Below are positions 18,382-29,380 of a stretch of DNA of 64,000 nucleotides, piece after piece. The notes under the pieces were generated by a model that searched no databases, was not told the DNA's origin, and saw only the letters and a program-made list of their open reading frames with translations. Position numbers and translations under genes: made by a program. The stretch is from Opitutia bacterium (GTDB taxonomy: Bacteria; Verrucomicrobiota; Verrucomicrobiia; Opitutales; Opitutaceae). Where the stretch lies: positions 192,001 through 256,000 of the forward strand of contig CANJVR010000004.1 in assembly GCA_947478395.1 (NCBI GenBank). The letters are read 5' to 3'. The number at the start of each line of letters is the position of its first letter. Positions within the stretch are counted from its first letter, which is position 1.

Positions 18382-19590
18382 ATGAAGATCCATCGCCTCC
18401 TCGCCCTCGCCGCGCTGTCGGCTGCCCTGTTTGTTCTCACTTTGGTTCCGGCGCGCGCCGCCGATCAGACCACGACCGATGCGGACCTAGCCGCGTTCAA
18501 GGCGCTCGTTGCTGAAAAACCGCCCGGTCTGCCGAAGGATCTGGGCAACGAGAAATACTTCACGTGGGTCGGGGCCCAGCGGGACAAAATTTCTGCGGCT
18601 GGCTTCGGCTTCATCGAGCAACATGCCACTGACGCCCGGCGCTGGGATGTGCTCGCGACCACGCTCGCGCAGTCGCCGCTCTTCGTGAAAACCTTTGGCG
18701 CCGACGTTGAGACCAAGGGCCTTGCCGCCGCCGTCATCGACCAAGAGGCGAAGACGGCTTGGGAAAACAAGGGCGAGGCGCTCCGCAAAGAGCTCGTCGC
18801 CTCGACCGACGCGACGCTCGAGCAAAAGGAAGGTGTGGCGTGGTATTTCTTCGCGAAGGACTTTCGGGCGACGACGGCCGCGAAGAACAAGAAGGAGCCG
18901 TTCGATTACCACCCGTTCCGCGCGCGCTTTGATGCGCATGTCGCCAAGTACGGCACCTTGCCCAACATGCCCGCTCGCGCCGGCGATTATCTCGGTGCGC
19001 TCGAAGGCAACATGCCCGGCGACGGCGTAAAGGAATGGCAGTATTTGCAGCAGGGCTCGAACGACGGCCTGCGCACGGCGGCCGGTGAAGCGCTGGCGAA
19101 GATTGAACAGAAGGCGCAATTGAAGGTGAAACCGATCGAGATCGCGTTCACGGCCGTCGATGGCCGTCCGGTGGATTTAAAAAACCTCCGGGGTAAAGTG
19201 GTCCTCGTTGATTTCTGGGCGACGTGGTGCGGCCCATGCATCGCCGAACTGCCGAACGTCAAAAAAGTTTACGCCGACTATCACGCGAAGGGCTTTGAGG
19301 TCGTCGGTATCGCGCTCGAAAACGGAAATTTGCGGCCCACTGACACCGCGGCGCAGACCAGCGATAAAATGGCCAAGGCCGCCAAGGTTCTCACCGATTT
19401 CACCACGGCGGAAGGGATGCCCTGGCCGCAGTATTTCGACGGCAAATATTGGAAGAACGACATCTCGACGCGCTTTAGCATCGAAGCCATCCCGGCGATG
19501 TTCCTGATCGACCAGGAAGGCAAAGTCGTCTCGACGAATGCCCGCGGTCCGGCGCTCGAGGCCGAAGTGAAACGATTGCTCAAGCTTTGA
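18382..19590 (+). CDS. TlpA-family disulfide reductase, paralogue of 6617-7837
   Basis: Signal peptide MKIHRLLALAAL; RGKVVLVDFWATWCGPCIAELPNV; MPWPQYFDGK; ends EAEVKRLLKL. Confidence 0.92.
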   Translation: MKIHRLLALAALSAALFVLTLVPARAADQTTTDADLAAFKALVAEKPPGLPKDLGNEKYFTWVGAQRDKISAAGFGFIEQHATDARRWDVLATTLAQSPLFVKTFGADVETKGLAAAVIDQEAKTAWENKGEALRKELVASTDATLEQKEGVAWYFFAKDFRATTAAKNKKEPFDYHPFRARFDAHVAKYGTLPNMPARAGDYLGALEGNMPGDGVKEWQYLQQGSNDGLRTAAGEALAKIEQKAQLKVKPIEIAFTAVDGRPVDLKNLRGKVVLVDFWATWCGPCIAELPNVKKVYADYHAKGFEVVGIALENGNLRPTDTAAQTSDKMAKAAKVLTDFTTAEGMPWPQYFDGKYWKNDISTRFSIEAIPAMFLIDQEGKVVSTNARGPALEAEVKRLLKL

Positions 19591-19718
19591 TCATGGGGGG
19601 CGGCTGCGGCCGCCGCGAACCGGTCGGCGTGCCCGCCGGTCTCATGTCGCACGGAAATTATTTTCCGCCGATGGCGCTGCGCTTGCCACGAACGCGGCTC
19701 TATCCACGCTCCGCGGCG

Positions 19719-20711
19719 ATGAAGACGCGAAATTTTGGACGCACTGGCCGCACCGTCGGCGAAATTGGTCTCGGTACGTGGCAGATCGGCGCGGGATGGG
19801 GCACCGTAACGGAGGAGACCGCGATGGCCACGCTGCGCGCGGCGTGGGAAGCGGGCACGACGCTCTTCGACACGGCGGACGTCTACGGCATGGGCCGCGC
19901 TGAAAAATTGATCGGTAAATTTTTGCAGGAAACGCCCGGCGCGCGGGAAAAAATCTACATCGCGACGAAGCTCGGCCGCTTTTCTCCTCCCGGCTGGCCG
20001 GAAAATTTCACCCGCGCCGGCGTGCGACAGCACACGGAAGCTTCGCTGCAGCGGCTCGGCGTTGAGACGCTCGACCTCACGCAGTTTCATTGCATCCCCT
20101 TCGAGGTCCTGCAGCGCGGCGAGGTTTTCGAGCACGCGCGCGAATTGAAACGCGAAGGTAAGATCCGTGACTTCGGGGTGAGCGTCGAGTCGATGGAAGA
20201 GGCCGAGTTTTGCGTCCAGCAACCGGACGTCGCGGCGCTGCAGATCATCTTTAATATTTTCCGCCAGAAACCGATTCACACGCTCTTCGCCGAGGCGAAA
20301 AAGCGCAACGTCGCGCTGCTCATCCGGCTTCCGCTCGCGAGCGGATTGCTCGGGGGCAAGATGAAGGCGGGGCAGACATTTCCGGCGAATGATCACCGTA
20401 ATTTCAATCGTGACGGCCAGCAGTTCAACGTCGGCGAGACCTTCGCGGGTCTGCCCTTCGAAAAAGGCGTGGAGTTGGCCGAAACGCTGAAGGCGCACGT
20501 GCCGGAGGGTCAGACGCTGGCGGATTTCGCGCTGCGGTGGTGTCTGGATTTCGACGCGGTGAGCGTGCTCATCCCCGGGGCGAAAAATCCGGAGCAGGCG
20601 CGGGCCAACGTGCGGGCGTCATCGCTCGCACCGCTCGGTGCGGCGTTGCACGAGCGGCTGGCGGAATTTTACGCGCGCGACGTCGCGGCCCATATTCGTG
20701 GGCTGTATTGA
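19719..20711 (+). CDS. Aldo/keto reductase
   Basis: IGLGTWQIG, FDTADVYG, IATKLG, SLQRLGVETLDLTQFH, PLASGLLGGK, IPGAK. Confidence 0.92.
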   Translation: MKTRNFGRTGRTVGEIGLGTWQIGAGWGTVTEETAMATLRAAWEAGTTLFDTADVYGMGRAEKLIGKFLQETPGAREKIYIATKLGRFSPPGWPENFTRAGVRQHTEASLQRLGVETLDLTQFHCIPFEVLQRGEVFEHARELKREGKIRDFGVSVESMEEAEFCVQQPDVAALQIIFNIFRQKPIHTLFAEAKKRNVALLIRLPLASGLLGGKMKAGQTFPANDHRNFNRDGQQFNVGETFAGLPFEKGVELAETLKAHVPEGQTLADFALRWCLDFDAVSVLIPGAKNPEQARANVRASSLAPLGAALHERLAEFYARDVAAHIRGLY

Positions 20712-20725
20712 GCGCGTGTAAACGG

Positions 20726-20814
20726 GCAGGGCGCGTTATCCCTAACGCGCCGGTTGAGCGTCGCTTTCTCGGTGAGCGGAGTCGCAGCGGCGGGTTAGGG
20801 ATAACCCGCCCTAC
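20726..20814. repeat. REP-like inverted pair, family A
   Basis: Arms at 20726-20752 and 20788-20814; part of the spacer matches the 51335 copy in inverted orientation. Confidence 0.85.
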
Positions 20815-20896
20815 CTTCAGACCAAGATTTCGGGCGCGCTCCTAAAATCCTCGCGTCGCCTCTTGGCCTTTTTACCGGGATGCGCATGGTGCAATC

Positions 20897-21508
20897 ATGG
20901 AACTCGATTTCTCCGCCCTGTCGGCGCGCGATGCCTACGCATGGATGACCACCACCATTTTGCCCCGCCCCATCGCGTGGGTTTCGACGATCGCCGCCGA
21001 CGGAAAAGCGAATCTGGCGCCGTTCTCGTTCTTTCAGGGCATCACCGCCAATCCGCCAACGTTGATGTTTGTCCCGGTTAATACGCGGGACGGTTTGCCG
21101 AAGGACACGCTGCGCAACATCGAGGCGACAAAGGAATTTGTCGTGAACGTCGTGCCCTTCGCGCTGGCGGAAAAAATGAATGCGACGGCGGCGCTGCTGC
21201 CCTATGGCGAGAGCGAGTTTGCGGCGTTTGGCATCGCAGCGGAACCGAGCTCACGGGTGCGTCCGGCGCGGGTCGCGGGATCGCCGGTGGCATACGAGTG
21301 CGCGCTGCATTCGATCGTTCGCATCGGCGAGGGCCCGCTGGCGGCCAACGTGGTTTTTGGCCGCATCCTGTACGCTCACGTCAGCGACACGGTGCTCGGC
21401 GCGGATGGTTTTCCCGACGCAGGGAAACTCGATTTGGTGGGCCGGCTGGGGCGGGAAGATTACGCGCGTACGACAGACCAGTTCGGTTTGAAGCGGCCGG
21501 ATCGCTAA
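20897..21508 (+). CDS. Flavin reductase (DIM6/NTAB) family FMN-binding protein
   Basis: PRPIAWVST, NLAPFSFF, KDTLRNIEATKEFVVN, SEF, VGRLG. Confidence 0.9.
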   Translation: MELDFSALSARDAYAWMTTTILPRPIAWVSTIAADGKANLAPFSFFQGITANPPTLMFVPVNTRDGLPKDTLRNIEATKEFVVNVVPFALAEKMNATAALLPYGESEFAAFGIAAEPSSRVRPARVAGSPVAYECALHSIVRIGEGPLAANVVFGRILYAHVSDTVLGADGFPDAGKLDLVGRLGREDYARTTDQFGLKRPDR

Positions 21509-21528
21509 AGCCGCGCAAAAAAATGTGA

Positions 21529-21598
21529 GTAGCGGCAGGCGTCCCTGCCTGCCGAAACGCGGACGCCGAATCCGGCAGGCAGGGACGCCTGCCGCTAC
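21529..21598. repeat. REP-like inverted pair, family B
   Basis: Near-identical to 8152-8221; lies between convergent genes. Confidence 0.85.
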
Positions 21599-21700
21599 TC
21601 AAAACGCCCGCGGGAAAAATAAGCCGCTCAAGTGCGGGGTGAGGGCACCCGGCCCCTAGTTCGGATTCGTTGGCTGATCCCGAGCGCCGCGCCCCGCTGC

Positions 21701-23566
<1,866 letters not shown>

Positions 23567-23746
23567 GAGAACCGGCAAATAAACCCTAGCTCGGCCGGTC
23601 GCGTCAATCGCGGGTTAAAAAATCCGAAACGGCCTTTAAACGCGCAGATGCAACGCCGCGAAGGCAGCCGGAAAGGGTTGTTGCGGGTCGATTCGCCCAG
23701 ACTTCGCGTTTTGGCGCTTAATCCGTCGAAATTGCTCGATTGGATT

Positions 23747-24646
23747 CTAGCGCGCGAGCGTGAGAGCGACTCCCGCAGCGACGGCGATGAGACCGCCGAC
23801 CAAGGAGCGCCGCGTGGGGCGTTCGCCGTCAAACCAGTAGCTGAGCGGTACGATGACGAGAGGCGTACAGGCGACGATGGGGAGCACGATGCCGCTGGGC
23901 GTGGTGGCAAGCGCCCGTTGGTAGCAACTCACCCCAACGACAGCGCCGCAGAGGGCATTGATTGGAATCCAAAGATAACTGCGCGTCGTCGGCGTCGGTG
24001 TCACCGGGGTGGCGGCCGTTTTCTTTTCGAGAAACGCCCGCACCGCAAACCACGCGAGGGAAATTGCGAGTCCGCCGAGAATGCGTTGGTACGCGGCCGT
24101 GATCCCATCGACGGGTTCGCCGGCGAGTGCGGCCAGGGCGTTGGCTTTGCGGCTCACGACGGCGCCGAGGCCCTGGCCGCAGGCGGAGAACAGGCCGAAG
24201 AGGAAACCGATCGGTTGCACGCGGACTTTCGGCGGATCGGCGCGTGAGGGCAACAGGGCGACGGCGACGCCGCCGAGAATCACAAAGCTCCAGAGCAGCT
24301 GCGCGGGGCCGAGCTGCGTGCCGAGCCAGAGGCGCTCCGCGATCATCGCAATCGGCGCGGCGAGACACTGTGTCATCAGCACCGAAAGGCGCGACCCGAG
24401 CAACGGGAGCGCCATGAACAAGGCCAGATCGCCGAGGCCCATGCCGATCACGCCGCTAAGCAGAAGCCAATCGCGGCCCGCACCGTGGAGTCCGCCACCG
24501 AAAAGATGGGCGTACGCGCCCAGGCAGAGGGCCGCGAAAAGCAGCCGGCCGAGATTCGCGCGCGTCGCTCCCACCGCCCGGATGCTCCGGTTGGCAAAAA
24601 TGGCCGAGAGGGCGAAAAATATCGTGGTGAAAAAGGCGGCGACCAT
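23747..24646 (-). CDS. DMT/EamA family transporter
   Basis: About 10 hydrophobic segments in two repeats; LSGVIGMGLGD. Confidence 0.85.
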   Translation of the reverse strand: MVAAFFTTIFFALSAIFANRSIRAVGATRANLGRLLFAALCLGAYAHLFGGGLHGAGRDWLLLSGVIGMGLGDLALFMALPLLGSRLSVLMTQCLAAPIAMIAERLWLGTQLGPAQLLWSFVILGGVAVALLPSRADPPKVRVQPIGFLFGLFSACGQGLGAVVSRKANALAALAGEPVDGITAAYQRILGGLAISLAWFAVRAFLEKKTAATPVTPTPTTRSYLWIPINALCGAVVGVSCYQRALATTPSGIVLPIVACTPLVIVPLSYWFDGERPTRRSLVGGLIAVAAGVALTLAR

Positions 24647-24756
24647 GCGCGTGAAAAGTAATGGGTGGCGTGACGGGAGCGTAACCCTTCCGTCGACGCG
24701 AAGATTTTTTCGTGGCGTTGCGTTTCAACGCCGCCCTATTTCTCGCGGCACAATTT

Positions 24757-25803
24757 ATGAAAGCCAAACGCCAGACCAAACGCCCCGAAGACATCAACGC
24801 CGCGCTCGCCGCGAAAAAGGGGCCGGTTTCCCAGTTCATCGCGCGCAGTTACCATCACTTCAACGCGGCGGCTTTGCTCGATTCCGCCAAGGGCTATGAG
24901 GCGCACCTCAAGGCGGGCGGCAAGATGCTCGTCACGCTCGCCGGCGCGATGTCCACGGCCGAGCTCGGCATCTCTCTCGCCGAAATGATCCGCCAGGACA
25001 AGGTGCACGCGATCGTCTGCACCGGCGCAAATCTCGAGGAGGATATTTTCAACCTCGTCGCGCACGATTACTACGAGCGCGTGCCGCACTACCGCCACCT
25101 TACGGCGGAAGATGAGCAAAAGCTCGTCGAGCGGCACATGAACCGCGTGACCGATACCTGTATTCCCGAGATGGAAGCGATGCGCCGCATCGAGGCGGCG
25201 GTGGCGGATGAATGGCTCGCGGCGGATCAGGCCGGCGAACGTTATTTCCCGCATGAGTTCATGTATAAAATTCTTCGCTCGGGGAAGCTGAAGAAGTTTT
25301 ACCAGATCGATCCGAAGAATTCCTGGATGCTCGCGGCCTGCGAGAAGAACCTGCCGATCATCGTGCCCGGCTGGGAGGACGCCACGCTCGGTAACATGTA
25401 CGCCGGTCGCGTGGTGACGGGTGAAATCAAGAATGTGCACACCGTCCGCACGGGCATCGAGTACATGGCGTGGCTCGCGGACTATTATACGAAAACGGCG
25501 AAGCTGTTGAAAAATGGCGAAGGCTCGATCGGCTTTTTCCAGATTGGCGGCGGTATCGCGGGCGATTTTCCGATCTGCGTCGTGCCCATGCTGCACCAGG
25601 ATCTTGGCCGCACGGGCGTGCCGCTCTGGGGCTATTTTTCGCAGATCAGCGACTCGACCACGAGCTACGGCAGTTATTCGGGCGCGGTGCCGAACGAGAA
25701 AATCACCTGGGGGAAACTCGCGGCGTCGACGCCGAAATTCATCGTCGAGAGCGACGCTACCATCGTGGCGCCGTTGATTTTCGCGTGGGTGCTGGGGCAG
25801 TAA
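24757..25803 (+). CDS. Deoxyhypusine synthase-like protein (possible homospermidine synthase)
   Basis: LAGAMSTAELG, TGANLEED, NRVTD, IGGGIAGDF, YGSYSGAVPNEKITWGK, SDATIVAP. Confidence 0.9.
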   Translation: MKAKRQTKRPEDINAALAAKKGPVSQFIARSYHHFNAAALLDSAKGYEAHLKAGGKMLVTLAGAMSTAELGISLAEMIRQDKVHAIVCTGANLEEDIFNLVAHDYYERVPHYRHLTAEDEQKLVERHMNRVTDTCIPEMEAMRRIEAAVADEWLAADQAGERYFPHEFMYKILRSGKLKKFYQIDPKNSWMLAACEKNLPIIVPGWEDATLGNMYAGRVVTGEIKNVHTVRTGIEYMAWLADYYTKTAKLLKNGEGSIGFFQIGGGIAGDFPICVVPMLHQDLGRTGVPLWGYFSQISDSTTSYGSYSGAVPNEKITWGKLAASTPKFIVESDATIVAPLIFAWVLGQ

Positions 25804-25832
25804 GGCCGTCCCTCGCAACATTTCTTAAAACG

Positions 25833-25931
25833 TTAAGCGCAAAGACGCGAAGGCAGGCAAAGATTCGCCAAGATTCCTCCCGAGGGTTTGGCTTTGCGTT
25901 GCTTCGCAGGTCTTCGCGGCTTCGCGCTGAA
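25833..25931. repeat. Degenerate palindromic element built of CGC[AG]AAG units
   Basis: TTAAGCGCAAAGACGCGAAG matches the reverse complement of CTTCGCGGCTTCGCGCTGAA at 17/20; a similar element lies at about 23636-23722. Confidence 0.55.
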
Positions 25932-26120
25932 TCCGAAAACGCGCGCTCAGCGCGCCAGCGAGTTTACGTACACTTCGATCTGCAGGTAGCCGGGCTTGAA
26001 TGGAAATGGGCGGCGCGGCCGGGAAGTGGCGCGCGGGCTAAACCCTCGTTGCGTGCGACCCCCGCGGAATCGCCGTCACACGTAGCATTGCCTCGGGACC
26101 AGTTTGCGTGACGGTTGGAC

Positions 26121-28442
26121 ATGATGGCGAATCAACTGGCCGGCGAAAAATCCCCTTATCTGCTCCAACACGCGGACAATCCCGTGCACTGGCGGCCGTG
26201 GGGGGAGGCCGCGTTTGCCCAAGCGCGCGCCGAGCAGAAACCGATTTTTTTGAGCATCGGGTATTCGACCTGCCATTGGTGTCACGTGATGGCCCACGAG
26301 TCGTTCGAAAATCCGGAAATCGCCGCAGTGCTCAACGAGTACTTCGTGGCGATCAAAGTCGATCGCGAGGAACGGCCCGACGTGGACAAAGTATACATGA
26401 CGTACGTGCAGTCGCTCTCGGGGCATGGCGGCTGGCCGTTGAGTGCGTGGCTCACGCCGGAACTGAAACCATTTTATGGCGGGACCTATTTTCCGCCGGA
26501 GAATCGCGGCGGACGCGTGGGATTTCCTTCGCTCCTCCACGTGATCGCGCGCGGGTGGCGCGATGAACGGGACAAACTGATCGCCGAAGGTGAACGCGTC
26601 ATCGCGTTGCTGCGGCAGCAGGCCGTTGAAAGCCCGCAGCTCGGGCAGCCCAAGGCGGAAAACGATGGGCCGCCTTCGGACGCCGAGGCTCCGGCGTTTA
26701 GTTCCCAGCTTTTTCCCGCGGCGACGGCGGCCTACGAGCAGGGCTTTCAGCATTTTTACCAGACCTTCGATCCGGACCATGGCGGCTTCGGCGGCGCCCC
26801 AAAATTTCCGCGCGCGAGCAATCTCGCGTTTTTGTTGCGCTGTGCAGCGCAGCAAGGAACAGCATCGGAGTTAGGTCGTGCGGCCATCGACATGGCGGGC
26901 CACACGCTGCGCTCGATGGCGCAGGGCGGGATTCACGATCACGTGGGCGGTGGGTTCCATCGTTACTCGGTCGATGAGGCCTGGTTCGTGCCGCATTTCG
27001 AAAAGATGCTCTACGATCAGGCGCAGATCGCGGTGAACTTTTTGGAATTGAAACAGGCGACCGGCGATGAGCGCTATGCGTGGTTGGCCCGCGATATCTT
27101 CGACTATGTGGCGCGTGGCCTGACGAATCCGGACGGCGGTTTTTATTCGGCGGAGGATGCGGATAGTGCGCCGCCGGAGGCCGCGGCAGCCGGGCGAAGA
27201 GACCATGAACCAGGGACGAGTGGCACGAAAAGTGAGCACGTGGAGGGCGCGTTTTATGTTTGGACGAAGCCGGAAATCGTCGACGCGTTGGGCGCAGACG
27301 CGGAATTTTTTTGCGGGCATTTTGGGGTCAAAGCGGAGGGCAACGTCGCGGCTGCGCTCGACCCGCACGGCGAATTCAAAGGTAAAAACATTCTGGCGCC
27401 GGCGCGCTCGTTGGCGGAATCAGCGCGTGTGTCCGGACTGACCACGCAGGTGGCCAACGATCGCCTGCAGGCAGCGCTCGAAACGATGCGCCGGGTGCAA
27501 GGTGGGCGGCCGCGACCGGGATTGGACGACAAGGTTATTGCGGCTTGGAACGGGCTGATGATTTCCGCGCTGGCACGGGGCGCTCAGGTGCTTGAAGGCC
27601 AACCGGGCCGGCGTGAGGCCGGACCCTGTCTGGCCGCCGCGATCCGCGCGGCGGAGTTTGTCGAGCGTGAGTTATTCGATGCGGAGCGAGGGATTCTTTA
27701 CCGGTGCTGGCGCTTCGGTCGCGGGACGAACGAAGGCTTCGCGGAGGACTACGCCTATTTTATCCAAGGCCTCCTCGATCTGTATGAAGCGTCGTTTGAA
27801 ATCCGGTGGCTTCAATGGGCGGAGCGTTTGCAGCGGACGATGGACGGTCTTTTTTGGGATGAGTCCGCTGGCGGATATTTCAATTCTCCAGCGGGGGACG
27901 CGGCGATAATTCTGCGCTTGAAGGAAGATTACGACGGGGCTGAACCGGCCCCGAGTTCGGTCGCCGCGATGAATTTACTGCGACTTGATGCTATGGTAGC
28001 CGAAGCGACGGCGGGGCGGGGCGAGAGCGCTGTGCCCACCGGCCGGCTGACGCATCGCGAGCGAGGTTTGAAAACGCTCGAAGCCTTTTGTGGTCGCTGG
28101 AGCGGAACCCCCCACGCTTTGCCGCAGATGTTGTGCGCGTTGGAGCTGGCGTTCGAGTCCCCGCATCACGTGGTGATTGCGGGCGATCCGAAGGCGGATG
28201 ATTTTCGCGCGCTTGCGGCGGTGTTGTCCGAGAAACTGGGCCCGCGACGGACGGTGTTGGCGGCGGATGGCGGGGCAGGTCAGGCGTGGCTCGGCCTGCG
28301 GGCGCCGTGGCTCGCCGCGATGCGGCCGATCGGTGGGCACGCGGCGGCTTACGTGTGTCAGGAATATTCGTGTCAGGCGCCGGTAACGACCACGGCTGAG
28401 TTGCGCCGGCTGCTTGGAATCAACGAGGCCGAGCTGGTTTGA
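26121..28442 (+). CDS. YyaL/SSP411 (DUF255) thioredoxin-domain protein with helical-barrel C-terminus
   Basis: [74 protein letters not shown]. Confidence 0.93.
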   Translation: MMANQLAGEKSPYLLQHADNPVHWRPWGEAAFAQARAEQKPIFLSIGYSTCHWCHVMAHESFENPEIAAVLNEYFVAIKVDREERPDVDKVYMTYVQSLSGHGGWPLSAWLTPELKPFYGGTYFPPENRGGRVGFPSLLHVIARGWRDERDKLIAEGERVIALLRQQAVESPQLGQPKAENDGPPSDAEAPAFSSQLFPAATAAYEQGFQHFYQTFDPDHGGFGGAPKFPRASNLAFLLRCAAQQGTASELGRAAIDMAGHTLRSMAQGGIHDHVGGGFHRYSVDEAWFVPHFEKMLYDQAQIAVNFLELKQATGDERYAWLARDIFDYVARGLTNPDGGFYSAEDADSAPPEAAAAGRRDHEPGTSGTKSEHVEGAFYVWTKPEIVDALGADAEFFCGHFGVKAEGNVAAALDPHGEFKGKNILAPARSLAESARVSGLTTQVANDRLQAALETMRRVQGGRPRPGLDDKVIAAWNGLMISALARGAQVLEGQPGRREAGPCLAAAIRAAEFVERELFDAERGILYRCWRFGRGTNEGFAEDYAYFIQGLLDLYEASFEIRWLQWAERLQRTMDGLFWDESAGGYFNSPAGDAAIILRLKEDYDGAEPAPSSVAAMNLLRLDAMVAEATAGRGESAVPTGRLTHRERGLKTLEAFCGRWSGTPHALPQMLCALELAFESPHHVVIAGDPKADDFRALAAVLSEKLGPRRTVLAADGGAGQAWLGLRAPWLAAMRPIGGHAAAYVCQEYSCQAPVTTTAELRRLLGINEAELV

Positions 28443-28575
28443 GCCGGCGCACCGGAACGGGCGAGGCCGAGCGACCGCGGCGTTGCTTGGCCCCTAAGGC
28501 CAAGCACAGGCCGCAGGTCGGGCGAGTTTAGTTTGAGCGTTGCCGAAGACGTAGAATCGGGCGCACGTTAACGAG

Positions 28576-28954
28576 GTGAAAACCCTCGCCGTTGAAGCTG
28601 ATGCGCTTGCCCGGGCGCTCCGGCGCCAAGTTTGGCTTCGGCTCGGACACGACGCGTTGGATGGCGAAGCCGCATGGAAGTTGCTGGAGAACCACCCTGC
28701 GCGCAGGGTCGTGACTCGATTGGATTATGCCAGGGATGGACGGGCTGGAGCTCGGCCGGCGGCTGGAGGAGCGGCGGTCAATTCGCCGTTACCGCAAAGA
28801 AATCCACGACGAGAAAAATTATTGGCATCAGGTGGAAGGCTCCATCAACGAACGCACCGGCAGAGAATTCAGCCACTCGGGGTGTCCCCATTGTTATCAG
28901 CGCGTGGTCATCCCGGAGTCGCAGTTTTTGACCGGAGAAATAAATCGTGAGTGA
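28576..28954 (+). pseudogene. Decayed response regulator (REC domain plus C-terminal Cys-rich tail)
   Basis: MKTLAVEAD...DGEAAWKLL...VVT, then +1 frameshift near 28717 into DWIMPGMDGLEL. The rest of REC is missing; tail NYWHQVEGSINERTGREFSHSGCPHCY. Confidence 0.75.
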
Positions 28955-29165
28955 CGACGATCGCGTGCTGCGGCTGGAGGAGAAGGTCGCGTACCTGGAG
29001 CGTCACGTGACGGCACAGGACAAAGTCATGCTGGAGCTGGGCGACGAGCTGGCGCGATTGCGCGCGGAATCGCGGTTGCAACGCGACCGAGAGGACGACG
29101 CCGCTGGCGGCGGAGCGGGTGCGCCGGGTGGCGAATTACGGGACGAACGGCCGCCGCATTATTGA
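28947..29165 (+). CDS. slyX: SlyX family protein
   Basis: RVLRLEEKVAYLE coiled coil and terminal ERPPHY. Confidence 0.9.
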   Translation: MSDDDRVLRLEEKVAYLERHVTAQDKVMLELGDELARLRAESRLQRDREDDAAGGGAGAPGGELRDERPPHY

Positions 29166-29380
29166 TGGGGTAGTCGTTCAGAACAGACCTTGGGGCGAGA
29201 AGCCGCAAAGTCGCAGCACCACCCGGCCCTAAGGATATCCCTCGCAAAAGGTGACCTTACCAAAGTCCGACCACGTCATCTGCGACGAGGGATTGCGTGG
29301 GATCGAACCAAGAGCGGCGTTGGATCGAGTTCCTTCTTGAGTGGGTGCTGCCCCTAGGCCGCGCGCGGGTGGGATGCCGT

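Noticed and set aside
26274..26290. CHWCH as a heme c attachment site
   Set aside because: It is the conserved CxxC of the YyaL thioredoxin domain in a protein with no signal peptide.
28484..28506. Hairpin TGCTTGGCC-CCTAA-GGCCAAGCA as a terminator
   Set aside because: The stem is real but has no U-tract on either strand.
29195..29235. c-di-GMP-I riboswitch (CGCAAAG...CCCTAA)
   Set aside because: Spacing and the P1/P2 GAAA loop do not fit, and it lies between convergent gene ends.
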